Assembly (NCBI RefSeq): GCF_032557235.1
Contig: NZ_JAWGMB010000001.1
Location: forward strand, 28,930 to 92,929
Length of the DNA stretch: 64,000 nucleotides
Source of the DNA: Varibaculum cambriense
Lineage (GTDB): Bacteria > Actinomycetota > Actinomycetes > Actinomycetales > Actinomycetaceae
Reading direction: 5' to 3'
Shown: positions 55,489 through 63,994 of the stretch, one piece after another
Layout: each line of letters begins with the position of its first letter
Numbering within the stretch: the stretch's first letter is position 1
The notes under the pieces: generated by a model
Database searches by the model: none
Told to the model about the DNA's origin: nothing
What the model saw: only the letters and a program-made list of their open reading frames with translations
Program-made: the position numbers and the translations under genes

Positions 55489-56751
55489 TTAGTTCTCCCC
55501 CTTTGAAGCCGAGTTTCCGGCAATATGACGCATCGCGGAAGCAGAAGTTGCCCCAGAAGCCGGGCGGTCATCCGCAGAAAAAGCGTCGCTTTGGGTACGT
55601 TTGGCTTTCGAAGCCTCTTCGATAATGCGTTGGGTAAAGCGCCCCTCGGGGTCTTCACCCGCCGCCAAAATCCGCTCCAGTACGTCCTCATCCAGTTGTT
55701 CCGGATCGATTAGGCCGTAGCGGCGGATATTACGATCCGCGATTTGTTGCATCCGCTCTAAGACCTCTTCTTGCCCTTTCTTAAATACGTGGGCGAAGCG
55801 GCGTTGCGGACGCATATATTCGGTAACCGGCACCGGGCGGCGCAATTTGGTAACCGAAGTGATTTCCCCGTTCTCGGCCTCGTAAACCGGGAACAGTCCG
55901 CATTGGGTAGCTAAACGCGCCAGACGAATAGTCAGGTTAGAAGCAGATCCCCAACCCAGCGGGCACGGCACCAGTACGTGAATATAGCGAGAACCGTGGA
56001 ACTGCATGGCCTTGCGTACCTTGTATTCCAGGTCGCGCAAATCCGCGACGGTGGCGGTTGCTACATAAGGAACCTCGTGCGCCATGGCGATTCGCGGTAC
56101 ATCTTTACCTTGGCCAAACACGTTTCCGGGTTTTTCGCCTACCGGCTGGGTAGTAGCAGTACGGGCAGCGGGCGGAGTCGCCCCGCTTCGCTGCACCCCG
56201 GTATTCATATAGGCGCCATTGTCATAGCAGATATAGAGGACGTCGTCGTTACGTTCGAACATGCCTGACAGGCAGCCCATCCCGATATCTACGGTGCCGC
56301 CATCACCACCCTGGGCAACCACCCGGGTTTTCTTGCCCTTGGCGCGCAGCGCCGCCGCCGCCCCCGAAGCAACCGCCGGAGCATTGCCGAATAGGGAGTG
56401 TACCCAAGGAATCGTCCAAGCGGTTTCGGGGTAAGGAGTAGAAAAAACCTCCAGACAGCCAGTGGCATTAACCGCCACCAGGTCGCGATCGGCGGCATCC
56501 ATCGCGGTGTCGAGGGCGTAACGCGCCCCCAAGGCTTCCCCGCAGCCCTGACAAGCACGGTGACCGGAAGTTAACGAGTTGATCCGGTTCGGGTCAGACT
56601 GGACGGAACGATAATCTAGTTCCGCCAGGCGATTACCCACCGCATAGGAGCCTACCTGGTAAAACTTTACATTTTCGCGTGCCGGAATCGCGGTTTCGAC
56701 GCTTTCGCGAAACTGCGGTGCCGGAAGCGGAACACTCATAGTTGCTGACAT
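55489..56751 (-). CDS. 2-oxoacid:ferredoxin oxidoreductase beta (TPP-binding) subunit
   Basis: Motifs are CQGCGEALGARYALD, TGCLEV and GGDGGTVDIGMG. The ORF extends to 56868, but the ATG at 56751 sits 6 nt behind AGGAGG and just past the alpha-subunit stop. A ~100-aa hydrophilic C-terminal extension is present. Confidence 0.88.
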   Translation of the reverse strand: MSATMSVPLPAPQFRESVETAIPARENVKFYQVGSYAVGNRLAELDYRSVQSDPNRINSLTSGHRACQGCGEALGARYALDTAMDAADRDLVAVNATGCLEVFSTPYPETAWTIPWVHSLFGNAPAVASGAAAALRAKGKKTRVVAQGGDGGTVDIGMGCLSGMFERNDDVLYICYDNGAYMNTGVQRSGATPPAARTATTQPVGEKPGNVFGQGKDVPRIAMAHEVPYVATATVADLRDLEYKVRKAMQFHGSRYIHVLVPCPLGWGSASNLTIRLARLATQCGLFPVYEAENGEITSVTKLRRPVPVTEYMRPQRRFAHVFKKGQEEVLERMQQIADRNIRRYGLIDPEQLDEDVLERILAAGEDPEGRFTQRIIEEASKAKRTQSDAFSADDRPASGATSASAMRHIAGNSASKGEN

Positions 56752-56761
56752 TGCCTGCCTC

Positions 56762-58027
56762 CTAAATTCCGCGCGCCGCATTGGCACGCTGAGTGGCGTG
56801 ACGTTGAATGTTTTCACTGATCGGACCAGAACGCCGGGTAGCTTTCTCCCGTTCCAATTCGGCCTCAACCAGTTCTTGATCCAGATCCAAGAAAGTCAGG
56901 TGTTCTAGCTGATCGGCGGCTACCTGATCCAGCACCTGCTCCAGGGAACGCTCCGTGATATTGCGCCCGCCCAAACCGGCGATCACTTCATAGTCACGAA
57001 CTGATTTGCCGGCTCGCGAAAGCGCAGAGCGACAATGAGAAGCCACGATTCCCCCAATACCCAGGCTGAAAGCTTTCTCTAAACAAATGAAGCGTTTAGC
57101 GCCACCAAGATAGTGGGCTACCTGTTCAAAGGGGAAGGGTCGGAAAGAACAAATCCCCAGCACCCCGATTTTTTCGCCCGCTTCGCGCCGCTGGTCGACT
57201 ACGTCTTTAATGGTGCCCAGCACCGAACCCATCGCCACGATGACGGTTTCCGCGTCCTCGATCCGGTAGGGACGAACCAGCCCGCCGGAATCGCGCCCGA
57301 AAATGCTCTTGAACTCTGCTTGCACTTTGGGTATGAGCTCCAAGGCTTGCAGCTGTTTGACGTGTTGGAGGTACTTTACTTCGGTGAACGCTTCCGGTCC
57401 CACCATCGCGCCAATAGTAATTGGATCGGCTGGGTCGAGGACGACCCGGGGAGTATAGGGAGGCAGGAACTTTTCTACCTGCTCTTTTTCCGGAACATCT
57501 ACCTGTTCAACTGCGTGGGTCAAGATGAATCCATCCATACACACCATTACTGGAACCGAAAGCTCTTCGGCGATCCTGAACGCTTGTACGTGCAGATCCG
57601 AGGCTTCCTGGTTGTTCTCCGCGAACAATTGCAGCCAGCCGGATTCGCGTTGACTCATAGTGTCAGAATGGTCGTTCCAAATGTTGATAGGCCCGCCAAT
57701 CGCCCGGTTAGCTACCGTCATTACTATGGGCAACCCTAGCCCGGCAGCGTTATAGACCGCCTCTACCATGTAGAGCAACCCCTGGGAGGCAGTCGCGGTA
57801 TAGGTACGCGCCCCCACTGCCGAAGCCCCGATGCAGGCCGACATGGCTGCGAACTCGGATTCTACGTTAATATATTCCGCGCTGCCCATCTTGCCTGCTT
57901 TAACCAGGGCAGATAGCGCCTCCACTATGTGGGTTTGGGGGCTAATCGGGTAAGCACTGACAACTTCCGGGCTGCAGGCGGCAACCGATTGCGCAATAGC
58001 TTGCGAACCTTCAATCTGTTTTAGCAC
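56762..58027 (-). CDS. 2-oxoacid:ferredoxin oxidoreductase alpha subunit
   Basis: 421 aa with a GTG start 1 nt after the gamma stop. The N-terminus IEGSQAIAQSVAACSPEVVSAYPISPQTHIVE is typical of PorA/VorA/KorA. Confidence 0.88.
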   Translation of the reverse strand: MLKQIEGSQAIAQSVAACSPEVVSAYPISPQTHIVEALSALVKAGKMGSAEYINVESEFAAMSACIGASAVGARTYTATASQGLLYMVEAVYNAAGLGLPIVMTVANRAIGGPINIWNDHSDTMSQRESGWLQLFAENNQEASDLHVQAFRIAEELSVPVMVCMDGFILTHAVEQVDVPEKEQVEKFLPPYTPRVVLDPADPITIGAMVGPEAFTEVKYLQHVKQLQALELIPKVQAEFKSIFGRDSGGLVRPYRIEDAETVIVAMGSVLGTIKDVVDQRREAGEKIGVLGICSFRPFPFEQVAHYLGGAKRFICLEKAFSLGIGGIVASHCRSALSRAGKSVRDYEVIAGLGGRNITERSLEQVLDQVAADQLEHLTFLDLDQELVEAELEREKATRRSGPISENIQRHATQRANAARGI

Positions 58028-58028
58028 G

Positions 58029-58604
58029 TTACTTGGCCTCTGCTTTCATCGAACTGACCATTTCGTAGGCGGCGACCGCGGCGGCCACATTGCCTTCACC
58101 GACTTTGCCGTGGAAACGGTTTTGAATCGCCTGGGTAACACTGGAAAGGCGCACTAACCCGGTTAGGGCGGCTGCTCCCCCCAGCATCACTGCGTTCGGT
58201 AGGGGGCGACCCAGGTGTTTCTTGGCGATCTCGGTAGCCGGTATCATCACCACGTGTCCTTGCGGGTGGGCGGCGATTACTTCCTCGATCCCCAGTTCAG
58301 CGGCCGACTTGGCCGAGTTTACAAGCGCGAAACCGTCTGGTTTCAGACCCGAAAACACGTCCATAATCGCCAGTAGGGTAGCATCTTGCACCACCACCAA
58401 ATCGGGTTCCTGAACGGGTTCGCGGGTACGGATTTCTTTATCTGCAATCCGGCAATAGGAAACTACCGGCGCACCGGTGCGCTCCGAACCGAAAGAAGGG
58501 AACGCCTGCGCATGATGCCCATCGCTGAATGCCGCATAGGCGATCAGATCAGCAGCAGTTACGACGCCTTGGCCACCTCTGCCATGAATACGAACTTCAG
58601 TCAT
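58029..58604 (-). CDS. 2-oxoacid:ferredoxin oxidoreductase gamma subunit
   Basis: 191 aa. The N-terminus VRIHGRGGQGVVTAADLIAYAAF...FPSFGSERTGAPV is typical of PorG. Confidence 0.88.
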   Translation of the reverse strand: MTEVRIHGRGGQGVVTAADLIAYAAFSDGHHAQAFPSFGSERTGAPVVSYCRIADKEIRTREPVQEPDLVVVQDATLLAIMDVFSGLKPDGFALVNSAKSAAELGIEEVIAAHPQGHVVMIPATEIAKKHLGRPLPNAVMLGGAAALTGLVRLSSVTQAIQNRFHGKVGEGNVAAAVAAYEMVSSMKAEAK

Positions 58605-58822
58605 ACTTTTACCTTAGAACTGCGATCCCAGCTAAGAGGCATTTAATTATTAAATTGCCATTACCAGGGAATTTAGGTTTATAAGATTTTTTAACGGATA
58701 AGGGATTCCCTGACGCAAATGTATCTTAAATACCTGAGCGCATATTCATCCCGTCAGAAAAAATGTGACCTAAGTGTTATTAGTCGTTCTTATCGGCACT
58801 TTTATATCTAAACGAGACCAAA

Positions 58823-60322
58823 ATGCTACCGCTTCGTGAGCGTCTATTAAGCACAATCTCATGTGTTCATAGTACGGTTGCCCATGTGCAAAATGCGTAT
58901 GAAGCCGTTAAGCCCGAAGATTTAGAGGGCAAAGACGAGGTCAAACCGGACAGGGCGCCCTCAGGGGCGCAACCGGTACGCAGCACAATTCCGCAGTCTT
59001 CCTCTCATACGTCCGCCACTTCAGATCCCCTAGAGGGCGAGAATCCTATCCCCTTGGATAGTGAAGACCCCCCGGGCGCGGCTCCTCGCGATGCCAGCTC
59101 CGATACCCCAATCCGGCGTTCTCTTCTGGTTAGAAAACCACAGGGCTTCAGTGCCGAGGATGGTGCTTCCACTACTATCACCGGCGGGGTAACTGCCGTT
59201 CCCAACACAGGTAACCTGCAAAAGATTCATGCCCCCTTGCTGGGGGAATCTAAAGCTGACAGTCCCCCGCCTAGCGACCAGCTGGCAAAACCTGCAGAAG
59301 CTTCCCGGAAAGGCGAAAAGCTTTCTTCGCCCTCGGAAAAACTGCAACTACCGGGTGTGAAGGCTCACACCTCCCGCTTTCGTCGGGTAGTGGAAAACGA
59401 TTTTTCGCAGATAAAAAAGCCAGATAAACGCGAAGATGATCTCCGTATCATCCAACAGCTGGGTAAAAAATCAAACCGTTGGGGCAAATGGGCACGCAAC
59501 GGCTGGATGCCGACTCAAGAGGGTGCCTATGCGATGGCGCTGCTACCCTACTGGATTGGGGTGATAGAGTCTTCGCTTCGTCCAGTTCATTGGCTGGTAT
59601 TTGCGCTGTGGATTTGCGGATACTTCACCTTTAATGCGGGTGGACTCTGGCTGCGATCCCACCGCAAAGATCGCTACTTCAAACCATTGCAAATTTATGG
59701 TGCTATAACCCTAGTTTTAGGGGTTATCAGCCTGCTGGTAGCACCTCCGCTGCTGGAATGGACCTTAGTGTTTTTCCCACTAATCGTAATCGCAGTGGCC
59801 GAATCAGTTCGCCATCGGGAACGATCTTTATTGGCACGCACCAGTACCATTTTGGCAACTGGAGTCATGAGCTTAGTTTCCTACGATATCGGCACCCAGT
59901 TTTCGCGATCTTTCGCTGCTATTCCCTGGTTGGAAAATACTGCTCCCAGTAATGTTGACTGGGTCGTATCTCCTACCGGAAATCTGCAAGGTTGGGGCTG
60001 GATGCTGGTAGTAGCTTGGGTGGTTACCTCTTACTACTGGTCGACTATTCCCTACGTGCGTTCTCTGGTTCGCCGACGAAATTCCCAGACATTCTGGTTC
60101 TTTTCGATAGGTGCTCATGCAGTACTAACTGCGGTTATTCTGGCATTATTCATTCTAGGTTGGGTTACCTGGTGGCATCTGTTGGTTTGGGTGCTACTGC
60201 TGGCGCGCTCGATTGCGGTACCGCTATTGCAAAAGAGATATCCGCAGGCGCTTACGATATCGCGGATAGGGTTTGCGGAGATAGCGGTGGCGATGCTGAT
60301 CATTATTACTTTACTGGTGTAA
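58823..60322 (+). CDS. YwiC-like polytopic membrane protein with ~225-aa disordered N-terminal region
   Basis: 499-aa ORF. From residue ~229 (MPTQEGAYAMALLPYWIGV) it resembles the YwiC-like family N-terminus (P.QHGAW.ML..P...G), followed by about 8 helices. The start is uncertain, and Met229 at 59507 is an alternative. The 3' end overlaps the convergent lipase gene by 17 nt. Confidence 0.6.
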   Translation: MLPLRERLLSTISCVHSTVAHVQNAYEAVKPEDLEGKDEVKPDRAPSGAQPVRSTIPQSSSHTSATSDPLEGENPIPLDSEDPPGAAPRDASSDTPIRRSLLVRKPQGFSAEDGASTTITGGVTAVPNTGNLQKIHAPLLGESKADSPPPSDQLAKPAEASRKGEKLSSPSEKLQLPGVKAHTSRFRRVVENDFSQIKKPDKREDDLRIIQQLGKKSNRWGKWARNGWMPTQEGAYAMALLPYWIGVIESSLRPVHWLVFALWICGYFTFNAGGLWLRSHRKDRYFKPLQIYGAITLVLGVISLLVAPPLLEWTLVFFPLIVIAVAESVRHRERSLLARTSTILATGVMSLVSYDIGTQFSRSFAAIPWLENTAPSNVDWVVSPTGNLQGWGWMLVVAWVVTSYYWSTIPYVRSLVRRRNSQTFWFFSIGAHAVLTAVILALFILGWVTWWHLLVWVLLLARSIAVPLLQKRYPQALTISRIGFAEIAVAMLIIITLLV

Positions 60323-61685
60323 CCCCATAAAAGGATGAGATAAGCCGTTTTATGGTTCTAGGATTTGCGGGTCGCGGAGCTTCCATACGTTGCACTACAA
60401 ATGATTGCGCCGTGGCTTTGGTAGTCCTATTAATCCCCAAGTTATGGTTACGCGTTTCGATGAAACGCGCATAGTCTCCATCTCCTGACCGCTCCCATGC
60501 CTTCGCGACCTCACCATATAGTTCTTTAGAATGATTGCCTCCCACACTGTGGTAGTTCTTATAGGTTCGCACCGTGGTCAGGTTGGGAACGTTGGGATTT
60601 CTCTGTCCGTCAAGCCGAGGCACAATATCGGCAGAATTTTCTAGAGAAACCATATGGACTCCTGACGCCGGACGAAAACTGCCGGTATTAGAACCCAGTG
60701 TTACCACGCTTTTTATATTGTATTTTTTTGCCAAAGCAGGATTTGCCCCTAATTGTGCTGCCACCGCCCCTCCTTGCGAATGACCTATCAGTTCTACCGG
60801 TTGCCCGCGGCGATACCCAGCCTGATCTAAGGCTCTAGTAACCGCATTGGTCATATCGGAGTTTCCTGCCCTGCCCGAAGCATTAGTTTGCAAATTAGTG
60901 CGCATATCTTGAGGATTTGCCCCCGTAACAGTCCAAACCTGGGTGCCACGGATATCTACCCGCCAAGCAACCCGATTACCGGTACGATATTTAACTACCC
61001 GCAACTCGCCGTGGTCGGCAAACGCTTTTGCTCGATTAAATTCGCTGACCAGTCCAGAAATGTTTAAAGGAGCGGAAACTTTTTGAGATTTACCATCGAT
61101 TTTGGGGGCTACCCATAGCGAACTCGGTCCTTGAAAAGCAGCAATCTGCTGGGCGAGCTGGGCAGACAAGAACTGCACTATCAACCCGTTGCCGTTTACA
61201 CCCTGCTCCTTTAGGGCTGTGAGCAAAGAATTCTCGCGGTGCCGGTCGTTTTGAGAAACCCACAGCGCAGAATCGTCTAAGGAATCACCAGATTTTTTCC
61301 ATAACACCATTGCCGGAAGACTACCGAAGGCTAAGAAATTGGAAAGCACATCTAACGCAGAAACTATCTGCCGTGAACGCGCCTCGCAGTTTTCATATCT
61401 AGCTGCCGCCAGCAGCAAGTTATTTTGTAGCAAACCGATTTTAAGAGAAAGATCTATCGCTGATTCCACAAGCATCTGCAACGCTGAAACCAGTCGCTGC
61501 GTTACCGAGATCTGCGGCAAGGTGGCAGCAGAGTTTGCTGCCTGACTGGCAATCCGTCTAACCTGCAAAATTTTTTCTAAAACACTGCTTAAGCTGGCCG
61601 CATTAGCGCGAATAACCGCGGTGTTAATACCCAGCTGGTGACCGCCAACTACGCTAATCGGTAGGGAATGATCATCGGAGGACAT
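60306..61685 (-). CDS. Fusion of a helical N-terminal domain and a class-3-lipase-like alpha/beta hydrolase; no signal peptide
   Basis: 459 aa. Residues 1-~190 are Leu/Ala/Ser-rich and helical. The C-terminal domain has GHSQGGAVAAQLG (nucleophile elbow), VVTLGSNTG and NSADIVPRLDG, matching the Lipase_3 motif set GHSLGG / FGsPRvG / D-[IV]-VPR-[LV]-P. Confidence 0.75.
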   Translation of the reverse strand: MSSDDHSLPISVVGGHQLGINTAVIRANAASLSSVLEKILQVRRIASQAANSAATLPQISVTQRLVSALQMLVESAIDLSLKIGLLQNNLLLAAARYENCEARSRQIVSALDVLSNFLAFGSLPAMVLWKKSGDSLDDSALWVSQNDRHRENSLLTALKEQGVNGNGLIVQFLSAQLAQQIAAFQGPSSLWVAPKIDGKSQKVSAPLNISGLVSEFNRAKAFADHGELRVVKYRTGNRVAWRVDIRGTQVWTVTGANPQDMRTNLQTNASGRAGNSDMTNAVTRALDQAGYRRGQPVELIGHSQGGAVAAQLGANPALAKKYNIKSVVTLGSNTGSFRPASGVHMVSLENSADIVPRLDGQRNPNVPNLTTVRTYKNYHSVGGNHSKELYGEVAKAWERSGDGDYARFIETRNHNLGINRTTKATAQSFVVQRMEAPRPANPRTIKRLISSFYGVTPVK

Positions 61686-61687
61686 AG

Positions 61688-61948
61688 TTACTTTCCCGCC
61701 TGCTGTAGGGCTAGCAGCGCCGAGATTGCTTCCTGGGCTAAGCTATCCGCCGCCACGGCGGCTCTAGCTAGCGCAATCAGCTGCTGCTCGTGACGCCGCA
61801 AAGTTCCTTGTGCAGCTGTAGCTGCATCTGATGTCCACTGTTCACGCAAATCCATCCCGGCCACTTGTCCGGCGGCACTGTCTGCCACCAGCGCCGCTTG
61901 CCGCATCTCCATGCCGATAGCGGCAGCAATCGCCACCTCGCTTGCCAT
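61688..61948 (-). CDS. 86-aa Ala-rich two-helix protein, WXG100-like (W-T-S turn)
   Basis: The central motif is REQWTSDAATAAQGTL at residues 35-50. Its size and predicted helix-turn-helix layout resemble WXG100 and small T7SS helper proteins. Its stop lies 2 nt before the ATG of the lipase-fusion gene. The canonical WxG is not present. Confidence 0.5.
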   Translation of the reverse strand: MASEVAIAAAIGMEMRQAALVADSAAGQVAGMDLREQWTSDAATAAQGTLRRHEQQLIALARAAVAADSLAQEAISALLALQQAGK

Positions 61949-62110
61949 ATCCTCTCCTTCCTAAGCTGCTTGCGAATCTAGCCGAGCCATAATTCGCGGA
62001 TCTGTTTACAAATAACCAAATTAGGAAAACTTCCTTGTAATCCCGGCTGTGCAATATTGCTGCGAGTGGCACTAACGACACTGCTGGAGGTATGGGATAA
62101 CATAAAACAC

Positions 62111-63994
62111 ATGGTGAACTCCCAAGACAGCCGCCTGAAATCCGGTCTTAAACTGCCTTCTAAAGTTTTAGACCCGGTGATTGTAGTCAACCACCTGACC
62201 AAAGATTATGAGTCGGGAGCAGGCAAGGTACGTGCTCTGGATAATATTTCCATCGGGATTGCTCGCCGCCACTTCACTGCGATTATGGGTCCGTCCGGGT
62301 CTGGTAAATCGACATTTATGCACTGCTTAGCCGGGTTTGAATCCGCAACTTCCGGCTCTATTAAGATTGACGACACCGAGATCGTAGGGATGAACCAGCG
62401 CCGGCTCACTCGGTTGCGCCGTGATCATATCGGTTTTATTTTTCAGGCCTTTAACTTAATCCCCACGCTGAGCGCGAAAGAAAACATTGTTTTGCCTTTC
62501 GAAATCTCCCGTCGCAAATTTCCCTCAGAACGCTTCGAACAGGTGGTCGCGGCATTGGGGTTACAAGATCGCCTAAATCATCGCCCCTCAGAGCTTTCAG
62601 GTGGGCAACAGCAGCGAGTGGCTTGCGCTAGAGCACTCCTCCAAGATGCGGTGGTACTTTTTGCGGACGAACCCACGGGAAATCTAGATTCTGAATCCTC
62701 GGAGCAAGTACTGCGTTACCTGCGTAAAGCAGTTAACGATTTTGGGCAATCAGTAGTGATGGTAACCCACGAGGCCGCGGCAGCCGCCTATGCTGATCGC
62801 GTCCTGTTTCTATCCGATGGCAAAATTGTGGCCGAACTCGATAACCCAGAACGCGAACGGATATTGGCGGCTCAAACCGAATTACCGGCGTGTATGGCCG
62901 CGCACTCCCTACCTAATACCGCGAATGGCGAAAGCCAATCACTAAAGGATGGCTCGCAATCTGCCTCATTCTTGCCGGCTGGAACCAAAACAGGAGCCTG
63001 GCCAGATCACGAAAAAATGCAGGCGCGCCTAGCGAACTTACAGTTAGCTCGCGGCGCTCAAGTTGAGCTACCTGCTAGCCCCGCCGCCCCAAATAACGTT
63101 GGAGGCATAGATGCGGGGGCATTGCACGCACTAATGGGAGCTGGAAAGCCAGTAGTACCCGCAGAATTGCGTACCCGGGAGGGCGCGCGGCGAGCATTGG
63201 CTAAGAAGCGGGAGACGGCACCAGAAAAGAAAAATAACCCGCCGGTGGAGGTTGCCTCGCCTCGAAGCGCCACTAAACAGGCCGCGCCCGCCGCCTCGAA
63301 AATGCCCGTTACCCGCTTGAGTGGCAGCGTGCGGGAAACTCGGGATGAACGCGGCACTACTTGGCAGGGATGGACTCCCAAACCGGGATCGAAAGCTACT
63401 AAAGAAGAAAAGCCAAGGCAACACTCGTCCTCAAAAACCGTAACTAAGCCGGAGCCTGCGCGCTCGCCCCGCCCCCACATTCCGACAAAACCCCCAATCT
63501 CCACACCCGGTGGCATTAAGGCAAGCAAGGCTGCTGCTAGCACGCCCAATAGGACTGACCAAAAGAACGATAACCAGCGCTGGTCGGGACTTTATTCAGT
63601 GTTTTCCAATCCGGTAGCGGAAACTAGCGGATTTTGGGAGGACGCAGCGGATGCCCCCGCCTCCAGGAAAACTTCCGGCACTGAAAAAACTGAGCCCACA
63701 GCAATAAACGATTACCGGGCAAATGAAGCAGCCCCGAAAAAGACCCCGGGCAAGCAGACAGGTGGCGGTGTTCAGCCGACAGCATCCGTTAGCGAGGCCG
63801 GAACCAAGACATCTGCGGGAAATCGGGTGCCCCCAGCCGAGGTCAAAGCAACTAAATCGGTGCCTCGCACCCCGGAAGATACTTTAAATCAGGAAAAACA
63901 ACGTTTGCTCGCCATGATTAAGAAGGCAGAAGCGCTCCTTGATTCCTCGCAAGATGCGATCGATTCCTTTGAAACTCCTCAGGATAAGGCATGA
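62111..63994 (+). CDS. MacB/LolD-type ABC ATP-binding protein with ~360-aa disordered C-terminal extension
   Basis: The NBD motifs are GPSGSGKST, FIFQAFNLIP, LSGGQQQRVACARAL, LFADEPTGNLD and VTHE. The remainder is a K/P/A/T/S-rich low-complexity tail. The ORF opens with TTG at 62057, and I prefer the ATG at 62111. Confidence 0.85.
   Translation: MVNSQDSRLKSGLKLPSKVLDPVIVVNHLTKDYESGAGKVRALDNISIGIARRHFTAIMGPSGSGKSTFMHCLAGFESATSGSIKIDDTEIVGMNQRRLTRLRRDHIGFIFQAFNLIPTLSAKENIVLPFEISRRKFPSERFEQVVAALGLQDRLNHRPSELSGGQQQRVACARALLQDAVVLFADEPTGNLDSESSEQVLRYLRKAVNDFGQSVVMVTHEAAAAAYADRVLFLSDGKIVAELDNPERERILAAQTELPACMAAHSLPNTANGESQSLKDGSQSASFLPAGTKTGAWPDHEKMQARLANLQLARGAQVELPASPAAPNNVGGIDAGALHALMGAGKPVVPAELRTREGARRALAKKRETAPEKKNNPPVEVASPRSATKQAAPAASKMPVTRLSGSVRETRDERGTTWQGWTPKPGSKATKEEKPRQHSSSKTVTKPEPARSPRPHIPTKPPISTPGGIKASKAAASTPNRTDQKNDNQRWSGLYSVFSNPVAETSGFWEDAADAPASRKTSGTEKTEPTAINDYRANEAAPKKTPGKQTGGGVQPTASVSEAGTKTSAGNRVPPAEVKATKSVPRTPEDTLNQEKQRLLAMIKKAEALLDSSQDAIDSFETPQDKA

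Noticed and set aside
51250-57739. Long alternative-frame or antisense ORFs overlapping real genes: 51250..51780(-), 52079..52543(+), 53185..53793(+), 54505..55236(+) and 57113..57739(+). The ORF at 22427..22924(-) inside putA is of the same kind.
   Set aside because: They have Arg/Pro/Gly-rich translations typical of off-frame reading of GC-rich genes. Each is wholly contained in a gene with strong family motifs (YgfZ, nitrobindin-like, GltD-like, PorA, PutA).
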